DNA of 32,000 nt, taken from the NCBI GenBank assembly GCA_965228485.1, contig OZ245819.1, forward strand, positions 630,001-662,000, read 5' to 3'. This document shows positions 25,656-32,000 of this stretch, piece by piece; position 1 is the first letter of the stretch; each line of letters begins with the position of its first letter. The notes below the pieces were generated by a model. It saw nothing but the letters and a program-made list of their open reading frames with translations, did no database searches and was not told the origin of the DNA. The DNA comes from Candidatus Saccharimonadota bacterium (GTDB lineage: Bacteria; Patescibacteriota; Gracilibacteria; UBA4473). A program made the position numbers and the translations under genes.

Positions 25656-26918
25656 CTAGTGATAATAATTTTTAACAGGATACCCTATGATTTTGGCTTC
25701 ATCAGGGAACTTGATCCATTCGTTATGCTTCCAAGCACTGTATTCCAAATTACAGGCATTAGATTCGTCAATTAAACGATAAAAAGGCCCTCCATTGATC
25801 GAGTGATCAAACGTCCACTCAATCCTATCGATTGTGTTATTAACACGACACCTTTCACGCTGCTGATACCAATATTTATAAGGATCACAGCGATGACGAG
25901 CTAATCGTCGTTGTTTCACTTTTTCTCGGACCTCTCCATCGGTGTAATAAATTTTAGCCTTCGAAACACATTGATGATTTGCCTCAAACATATAAAGACC
26001 AAAATAATTTCCTTCAAGTGTAAACTTCTCATCCCCTGGGATAAAATGAGACCAAGATTGCCCTAAACACATAACACAAACCACAATCCAACCTGGAAGT
26101 GTCGACCAACCTTTTGGAATTTTTTTATACTCAAACCAAGGCCCAAAGAGTATTAATAACATTGGTAATACAGTGGTTGGATATCGATATTCAACTAGTA
26201 CCCCCGAATACAAATGAAAAGCTACAAAGAATAAGAAAACTATTCTTTGAATATACGTATTCTTGTGGAATAAAAACCAAGCCGCAACCACTTCCATAAA
26301 CATAACAAGATTTGTCCAAACTGGAATCGACCAATCAGGGAAGATTGGCAAACCTGTATGCATAGCTGAAAAATATGTACCCAAAATCCAGGTTTCGTGG
26401 ATTTTTACGGCCACAGAGAGGAAGTAGAATAAAACTAAATAAAATCGTAAAAAGAAAAGTTTCTGTGGAAGCACAAGTAATGCAAGTCCAAAAATTACTA
26501 CATAGTATTCATAATTACCGATATGACTGAAGGAAATAAACGTCATCAATGCTTTAAATACCCAGAGTAACAACGTCAAAAAATGAGCCTCCCCCCATTT
26601 CCCAAGGGACATACAATAAATTATAAGAGCCATAACAGCCCACACTCCCATAAAAAACATTGTTTGGGTATAACCAAAAGGAAGTGCGGATAAAAAAGCT
26701 AAATCCGAACAGTTTTGAAAATATGGCCAACATAAACTCGCTCCTCTTGCAACGGAATCAACGGTGAACTCACTATTCCCGATCCATTTATTAAATGTTA
26801 AGAACAATCCCAGCAAAAAAGCACCAAAAGCCCATTTAAGGATTCTATCGTTTTCTATTTCTTCAACAGAGAAAAACTTTTTGTAGACCGCAAATATTCT
26901 TGAATTTATATTTTTCAT
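25656..26918 (-). CDS. HTTM / vitamin K-dependent gamma-carboxylase-like polytopic membrane protein, copy 2
   Basis: Same landmarks as copy 1: LCWPYFQNC, NYEYYVVIFGLALLVLP, AVKIHETWILGTYF, FHLYSGVLV..LILFGPW, EANHQC..RHRC..C..NAC. Confidence 0.65.
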   Translation of the reverse strand: MKNINSRIFAVYKKFFSVEEIENDRILKWAFGAFLLGLFLTFNKWIGNSEFTVDSVARGASLCWPYFQNCSDLAFLSALPFGYTQTMFFMGVWAVMALIIYCMSLGKWGEAHFLTLLLWVFKALMTFISFSHIGNYEYYVVIFGLALLVLPQKLFFLRFYLVLFYFLSVAVKIHETWILGTYFSAMHTGLPIFPDWSIPVWTNLVMFMEVVAAWFLFHKNTYIQRIVFLFFVAFHLYSGVLVEYRYPTTVLPMLLILFGPWFEYKKIPKGWSTLPGWIVVCVMCLGQSWSHFIPGDEKFTLEGNYFGLYMFEANHQCVSKAKIYYTDGEVREKVKQRRLARHRCDPYKYWYQQRERCRVNNTIDRIEWTFDHSINGGPFYRLIDESNACNLEYSAWKHNEWIKFPDEAKIIGYPVKNYYH

Positions 26919-27024
26919 ATTACTAAAACTTGCCGCATTCTAAACGATTTAAAATAATAACACCAACCAACTTCCCTAGGCCGAACTTGTAAATTTAAAA
27001 TAAATTTGAAAGAATTTAGCCACA

Positions 27025-28041
27025 ATGATTGAAGCTATAAAAAAACATCCGATATACCAAAAATTTTTTGAAATCAACCCCCAAATATTGCAAACCTTTG
27101 TTATTGGAAATCTGTTGATTATTGGCGGAAAATATTTTGGATTTGTTGATATTAGCTGGTTAAATATAGCGATTGTTATCGGTTTGTGCGTCGTTGTAGA
27201 TTACGCTTTTCGATGTGTTCAAAACAAAGAAACAAAATTTCCGCACTCTGCCGTTAACTCTGCTATAGGGCTCTGTCTATTCCTTAGAACTACAAGTATC
27301 CCTATTTATGTGTTTGCCGCCGTACTTGCGATCCTCTCAAAACACTTCATTCAGATAAAAGGAAATCATTTTTTCAATCCATCTTATACAGCCATCTTTG
27401 CCAGCATTATGATGTTTCCGATTGTAGCTTATGTAAACCCCCTCCAATGGCAAACTGGAAGCTGGACTGCTGTGGGAATCATTGCACTCCTTGGAAGTCT
27501 TGTGATGCTAAGAGTTGGAACTTTTGCCATCGTAACAGGATACTTTGTAACGTTCTATGCCTGGATCAAACTTTTTACCAGTCATTCATGGGACGATATC
27601 AAAATTCTATTCTTTTCGGGAAGCTTTTTTATTTTAGTTTTTCACGGACTCACAGATCCTGCCATTATTCCAAAAAGAAAATTACATCGACTTCTTTATG
27701 TAACTCAAATCTCAACATTGTTTTTCGTCTATCGCTTATTTATAAATGAAAATTACAGCTTTTTCCTTGCCTACTTTACGGTGAACTTCCTAGAAATGTT
27801 TTTCTGGAAACTTGAAAACTATGAGTCAAAAATTGGAAACTGGAGAACTATTACCCAAGGTGCCGTAACACTAATCTTTTTTGGATTAATGGTTAACAGT
27901 AGCTATAACCACACTCAAAAATACAATGGAGTTTGGCCTGAGCTACTTACAAATCGATGTATTCAGCCTATCTGTGACTCAAGAGAAGCTAGAGACAATC
28001 TAGACCTCCTCACACCATTTTTTCTTTTTGAAAAAGACTAA
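27025..28041 (+). CDS. polytopic membrane protein, tentatively NQR2/RnfD/RnfE-superfamily-like, copy A
   Basis: About 8-10 hydrophobic helices. Motifs KHFIQIKGNHFFNPSYTA and FHGLTDPAIIPK resemble the RnfD/NqrB FNPA and TDPxT.P motifs (from memory). Paralog of 28038-29045. Confidence 0.5.
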   Translation: MIEAIKKHPIYQKFFEINPQILQTFVIGNLLIIGGKYFGFVDISWLNIAIVIGLCVVVDYAFRCVQNKETKFPHSAVNSAIGLCLFLRTTSIPIYVFAAVLAILSKHFIQIKGNHFFNPSYTAIFASIMMFPIVAYVNPLQWQTGSWTAVGIIALLGSLVMLRVGTFAIVTGYFVTFYAWIKLFTSHSWDDIKILFFSGSFFILVFHGLTDPAIIPKRKLHRLLYVTQISTLFFVYRLFINENYSFFLAYFTVNFLEMFFWKLENYESKIGNWRTITQGAVTLIFFGLMVNSSYNHTQKYNGVWPELLTNRCIQPICDSREARDNLDLLTPFFLFEKD

Positions 28042-29045
28042 ATATCAGGTTCCCACTGACAAACCAATTCTAAACACCGGTTCGTTAAAATCTCTGGCCA
28101 GATGTGGTCATGTTTTAGGTAGTAATTAATACTTAATCCGGCCATAGCCACAAAAATAACAACCGTGGTTAGAGACTGCCAAAAAGTACGAGCATTAAAC
28201 TTCATAAATTGACGAGACTCAAGATGCCAAAATGGAATTTCCAAAACGGTTACAATAACATACCCGATAAGAATCGAATAATTTTCGTTCAAAAACAATC
28301 GACAAATAAAGAAAAGCATCGAAGCCTGAACTACGTACATCAATCTGTGAAGTCGTTTTTTTGGTAAAATCGCTGGATCGGTTAACCCAAAAAAGGCCAC
28401 AATAAAGAAACTTCCGGTTAAAAATAGAACCTGCAAATCACCAAAGGTATAAGTCGTAAAGAGATTAAGCCACAGGAAGAAAGTTAAAAAGTAAGTAAGC
28501 ACAACATCAAACAGCCCAACACGCATCATTACAATACTTCCAACCGCCGCAATAACTGCTAATATCCAAAGCCCTCCCCCACTCCATTGAACTGGATTGG
28601 TATAAGCCACAATTGGAAACATAGCCCAACAAACTAAAACAGCTGTGTATGAAGGGTTAAGAAAATGCCTTCCTTTTATACGAACTAGATGTTTCGTTAG
28701 AATAGCAACAATAGCGGCAAACACATATATAGGGAGGACGGCCGTTCTCAAAAAGAAACAAATTCCAATTCCAGAGTTAATGGCTGAAAGTGGAATTATT
28801 TTTTTGTTATAGAAAAAGTAGTGACACAAAAAATCAAAAATCGTAATAGAGGCAAACACCGCCAACATATCTATCCAACGAATCTCTACAAAACCCAGGA
28901 ATTTACCTCCAAACAATAACAAGAAGCCAATTGCAAAGTTTTGAAAAAATTGAGGATGAATTTTTCCTAGCTGCTCAAAAAACATCGGCTTACAAACATA
29001 GTCCCGAGTGTCAGGAAAGTAACCAGCAATCTTTTTAAGCGACAT
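28038..29045 (-). CDS. polytopic membrane protein, tentatively NQR2/RnfD/RnfE-superfamily-like, copy B
   Basis: KHLVRIKGRHFLNPSYTA, FFGLTDPAILPK and a C-terminal WPEILTNRCLELVC (copy A: WPELLTNRCIQPIC). Convergent with copy A; the stop codons overlap within CTAA at 28038-28041. Confidence 0.5.
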   Translation of the reverse strand: MSLKKIAGYFPDTRDYVCKPMFFEQLGKIHPQFFQNFAIGFLLLFGGKFLGFVEIRWIDMLAVFASITIFDFLCHYFFYNKKIIPLSAINSGIGICFFLRTAVLPIYVFAAIVAILTKHLVRIKGRHFLNPSYTAVLVCWAMFPIVAYTNPVQWSGGGLWILAVIAAVGSIVMMRVGLFDVVLTYFLTFFLWLNLFTTYTFGDLQVLFLTGSFFIVAFFGLTDPAILPKKRLHRLMYVVQASMLFFICRLFLNENYSILIGYVIVTVLEIPFWHLESRQFMKFNARTFWQSLTTVVIFVAMAGLSINYYLKHDHIWPEILTNRCLELVCQWEPDI

Positions 29046-29239
29046 GGTAATAATAAAATTAATAAATTGGTAGATAGGATTTTAACAAGCAAAGCCAGGG
29101 TGACCAAATTTTTCTCCATACCGAAAAAGCATTCCCTATTTACAATATTATTTTTCAGTTTTTTGTAATTAGATAGAAGGAATAAACTAGACCTAAAAAA
29201 TAACTCCTACACAAAACAACTTTATTGCAATAGTATTTT

Positions 29240-29269
29240 TTTCAGTTTTAGACTCCATTAACCTAGAAT
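29240..29269 (+). promoter_or_regulatory. promoter candidate for the 91-aa gene (TTTCAG-N18-TAGAAT)
   Basis: CTAGAAT at 29263-29269, 26 nt upstream of the ATG at 29296. This mirrors the left-arm candidate. Confidence 0.3.
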
Positions 29270-29295
29270 CTGGAGAGATTTAATTAATATAAAAA

Positions 29296-29571
29296 ATGAG
29301 TCAACGAGAAAAAGTTGTCGGAGTAGGGTTTCTTTGTGCGTCTGTTGGTTTATTCTACCTAGCCATTGATTTATGGGTTTGTGGAAGCGATACAGTCTGC
29401 CAAAAAGAACACCACATCGCAAAAGCCATTACCATCGATTACGAAACTGAGGCCGATGATTGGTCTGGTCGTAATAAACCAAATTTTTACGTCAACTCTC
29501 CTGGGTTGAATGTATCCTTCCCTCCCCCACCATCAACTGGAGATGGTGATGGCGGCGGCGATGGTCACTAG
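29296..29571 (+). CDS. 91-aa membrane-anchored small protein with Cys triad, Pro tract and Gly/Asp tail; paralog of 25091-25384
   Basis: MSQREKVVGVGFLCASVGLFYLAIDLWVCGSDTVC..PPPPSTGDGDGGGDGH. Confidence 0.75.
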   Translation: MSQREKVVGVGFLCASVGLFYLAIDLWVCGSDTVCQKEHHIAKAITIDYETEADDWSGRNKPNFYVNSPGLNVSFPPPPSTGDGDGGGDGH

Positions 29572-29610
29572 TCCTTTAGCATATATTGTCCCTTAAAAAC
29601 CAATCATACC

Positions 29611-31674
29611 ATGATAAGAAATAATACAGCCTCACTTTTGTTAGCCTCTTTTTTGTTTACCAATCTAACCCCCGTAGCTTCTGCGGCTCGAGGTGGTGGA
29701 GGAAGTCCCGAAAATAAATGTATTCAGAATATTATTGAAGCGGCTGGTAGTCATACTGCTTTTTCAGATATTGATTTCTCAGCACTCGTAAAAACCAACG
29801 GTCCAGATGGATCAAAAGTTTCTTCTAAACCTTTCTCGGTAACCGATCATAATGAGTTTCTGGAAATCGCAGATACTCCAGTACCTTTAATCGATGACGA
29901 TCTATCTTATTTCCCAGATGAACTCGAGAAAGTTTCTCCTAATTACGTTGTTACGGAAGGAGTTCACAAATCTAATCGAAATAATGGTGCCTACTTGTTA
30001 TACAGCGATGGAACTTCAACCAGCATTGGAGATATTGATGGAGATGGAGAAGATGAAACTATTGATGGTTACTACGTAGACTCTCGATATGTTACCTTCG
30101 GAGATCAAAGTGATCTAGAGTTCTCTTTTCCAACACGAGATCCAAACCCAGATGATGATAGAGAATTTCCTATGGGGTCTCCATTAAAGGATATGCGTCA
30201 ATATTTATTCTTTACTCATCACCTAGCTTCTAAGTACGGGGGGAAATTTATGAGTTGTGGTTTGGTAAAAGTAAGTCCAACCGACGACTATGCACTTAAA
30301 TCTTATGCTGGAGAAAAATCAATTCGATGGACTTATTATGGTTTCCCTCGACCTCAACAAACAAATGTTAGAACTAATGTTAAAAATCGAGGAGGAGATA
30401 AATTCCGAATCGGAGATATTCGATTTATTGTCTCTGCAAAAGAAGTCGACACCGCCAATGGTGGATATCAATTCGATAATGAACTTCTAAAATACAATGT
30501 TCTTATTTCTGCTTATGACAATAGAAGTAACTTCATGAATGAATTCAAGACACTCAAAATTTTTGAGGAAAACATGAATGACACCACTAACGCCACAAGT
30601 TCTTTTGTTGAATCACGACTCAGTTTCTACCGAGCTCTTATCGATAAACTAAATCTTGGGATTCTAGGAAATCTTGAACTAGATGATGGGCTTGAAGAAG
30701 ATTCTGTAAGTTCAATTGATCCAACACAGCTATATGCAAGTGTATTAGATGCTGGAGGATCAGACACCACTAAATCAGGCGGGCTATCAATCATGCCTGG
30801 AGTAAGCTTAGAAACTTATGAGAAAGTGGAATCAATTGAAGACGAAACGACAAAAAACATGCTTCGATCCGCCCTGATTCCAGATTATGGAGGAATGATT
30901 GCCGATTTTACAGAGAAGCCTGCATCAGAAATGAATGATTTTGAAAAAGCTTATAACGAATATCCTCTAACATACGAAGAACGAGTAGAAAATGTTGAAT
31001 ACATTTTGGAAAATAGTGGTGGAGAAATCGAAAATCTAACACCAGAAAACTTTGAATATAAGGACATGGTTTTCGGGGAAGCGGTTATTCCAGTGACAGA
31101 CAAAAGAATCAGAGACATCGTTTCACAAAGCTATCTAGACAACGAAATGGCCGAGTTAGAAGCTAAAAAACAAGCTGAATTAGACAAAGTTGTGGTGACT
31201 GATGATATGAGTATCACAGATCAACAGGCTGCATACCGAGCTCAAGATGAAATTGAAAGGAGATACGAAGGAGAGTTGTCAAAACTGATGACTTTTGAAG
31301 GAGAGCTTGCAAACTTCAAAGTAAAATTTGCTGACGTAGAAAATCAATTTGAACACGGTCGTATTACCGAAAGCGAATATGAAACTAAAAGAAAGGCTCT
31401 ACTTAATGACTTTAATAACACCGTCAAAACTGGACAACTAGCTGATAGTGTTTCTAGCGATAGACTAAAAGCTCTGTCTCAATCACTTACGAATCGTGTT
31501 AATAGTGTTCAAGAAAATCAATCAACGAGCACTGATGAAACTTCTTCAGGTAAAAAAGGATACAGTACTCAAACACTTATTGTTAAAGGGTCGGCTGTAG
31601 CTCTATTTATAATCGCAATAGGACTAGCTTTATTGGCTATACGAAAAATTAAAAAAAACAGTAACACAAAATAA
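29611..31674 (+). CDS. 687-aa surface protein: signal peptide, DxDxDG-type loop, coiled coil, C-terminal TM anchor; paralog of 23090-25027
   Basis: Signal peptide MIRNNTASLLLASFLFTNLTPVASA; SIGDIDGDGEDETIDGYYVDSRYVTFG; FKVKFADVENQFEHGRITESEYE (left copy: FKMDFADIENKKLHGRITEEEYD); C-terminal TM AVALFIIAIGLALLAIRKIKKN. Confidence 0.85.
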   Translation: MIRNNTASLLLASFLFTNLTPVASAARGGGGSPENKCIQNIIEAAGSHTAFSDIDFSALVKTNGPDGSKVSSKPFSVTDHNEFLEIADTPVPLIDDDLSYFPDELEKVSPNYVVTEGVHKSNRNNGAYLLYSDGTSTSIGDIDGDGEDETIDGYYVDSRYVTFGDQSDLEFSFPTRDPNPDDDREFPMGSPLKDMRQYLFFTHHLASKYGGKFMSCGLVKVSPTDDYALKSYAGEKSIRWTYYGFPRPQQTNVRTNVKNRGGDKFRIGDIRFIVSAKEVDTANGGYQFDNELLKYNVLISAYDNRSNFMNEFKTLKIFEENMNDTTNATSSFVESRLSFYRALIDKLNLGILGNLELDDGLEEDSVSSIDPTQLYASVLDAGGSDTTKSGGLSIMPGVSLETYEKVESIEDETTKNMLRSALIPDYGGMIADFTEKPASEMNDFEKAYNEYPLTYEERVENVEYILENSGGEIENLTPENFEYKDMVFGEAVIPVTDKRIRDIVSQSYLDNEMAELEAKKQAELDKVVVTDDMSITDQQAAYRAQDEIERRYEGELSKLMTFEGELANFKVKFADVENQFEHGRITESEYETKRKALLNDFNNTVKTGQLADSVSSDRLKALSQSLTNRVNSVQENQSTSTDETSSGKKGYSTQTLIVKGSAVALFIIAIGLALLAIRKIKKNSNTK

Positions 31675-31685
31675 AAAAAATAATT

Positions 31686-32000
31686 ATGCATAAACACACA
31701 CAAAAGTTCATTGCTCTAGGCTATATCGCCATAAGTTTAGCGAGCTATGGTTCTGTGCAGGCACAATCTTTTAATTTCAGACTATCTGGAAACGTTCAGT
31801 ATAATGGAAGTCCTGCAGTAAATAGAAATTATAATGCCTCAGCAGAGCGTGGGCAGTACTTAAATAATAATCTCAACTCCATTGCCCCAACCGTAAGGAG
31901 TAATGCCATTGGTGGTAACGGAGGATTATCTACTCCAAGCCTAGCTCTTTCTGGAGCAAAGAAAGAAGGGAGAATTCCTGTTCAATTTAGCCGACAAATT
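31686..32000 (+). CDS. 5' part of a second giant secreted protein (continues beyond window; not in supplied ORF track)
   Basis: The ATG at 31686 lies 11 nt after the 687-aa stop, and the frame is open for 105 codons to the window edge. Hand translation gives MHKHTQKFIALGYIAISLASYGSVQAQSFNF.., a signal peptide. ..IAPTVRSNAIGGNGGLSTPSLALSGAKKEGRIPVQFSRQ aligns by eye with ..VGPIRSQTVGQWTFVESPALNANGQKPEGTWNVVFRRT of the 1483-aa protein. Confidence 0.7.
   Translation, partial: MHKHTQKFIALGYIAISLASYGSVQAQSFNFRLSGNVQYNGSPAVNRNYNASAERGQYLNNNLNSIAPTVRSNAIGGNGGLSTPSLALSGAKKEGRIPVQFSRQI

Noticed and set aside
29148-29250. Direct repeat TATTTTT(TT)CAGTTTT at ~29148-29164 and ~29234-29250 in the 250-bp intergenic region
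   Set aside because: It is short and very AT-rich, so chance occurrence is plausible. It is not found upstream of the left-arm paralog. I note it only as a possible operator or promoter duplication.
18496-32000. tRNA-flanked genomic island or integrative element
   Set aside because: The locus starts right after a tRNA gene. However, I saw no integrase, transposase or recombinase, and no copy of the tRNA 3' end elsewhere in the window. The right boundary is outside the window, so the idea is neither supported nor excluded.
18628-32000. Recent inverted DNA repeat or assembly artefact explaining the mirror symmetry
   Set aside because: The arms are similar only at protein level, apart from a 36-nt block with synonymous differences. 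Gene lengths differ (645 vs 687 aa, 97 vs 91 aa), and the left arm has extra genes. It is an ancient duplication, not a palindromic mis-assembly.
1-32000. Alternative genetic code (UGA recoding) and CRISPR, rRNA or mobile-element content
   Set aside because: All conserved housekeeping proteins are full length under the standard code with no in-frame TGA interruptions. No array of short direct repeats with spacers, no rRNA-like sequence and no transposase-like ORF was seen.

Overview
AT-rich, gene-dense bacterial window that reads cleanly with the standard bacterial code. Bases 1-18,600 are mostly housekeeping genes on both strands: dnaJ, pth, an FtsB/DivIC-like gene, ldh, nusA, miaB, prs, a GT2 glycosyltransferase, tatD and one tRNA with anticodon CAU. 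They are interrupted by lineage-specific items: two tandem paralogous coiled-coil proteins (2-3027), a phosphoribosyltransferase::beta-propeller fusion, a riboflavin-kinase::5-formyl-THF-cyclo-ligase fusion, an orphan soluble histidine kinase, and a first HTTM/vitamin-K-carboxylase-like membrane protein with a tiny TM partner and a divergent DtxR-type regulator. Bases 18,628-32,000 are the stand-out. This locus is built almost entirely of paralogous gene pairs, arranged as a mirror image around two convergent RnfD/NqrB-like polytopic membrane proteins. Each arm carries a ~95-aa membrane-anchored protein with a Cys triad and an Asp/Gly tail. Next comes a ~650-690-aa signal-peptide protein with a DxDxDG-type loop, coiled coil and C-terminal TM anchor, then a giant secreted protein (1483 aa on the left arm; the right copy runs off the window). 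The left arm also carries a second HTTM-like gene with its micro-ORF partner. I read this as a candidate uncharacterised envelope or surface-structure system coupled to a quinone/redox-type membrane enzyme module; the function is inference only. Three CDSs absent from the supplied ORF track are proposed: a 54-aa TM micro-ORF (25486-25650), the 5' part of a second giant gene (31686-32000) and a 47-aa basic ORF (4231-4374). No CRISPR array, rRNA, transposase or integrase was seen. Start codons generally lack a Shine-Dalgarno motif.
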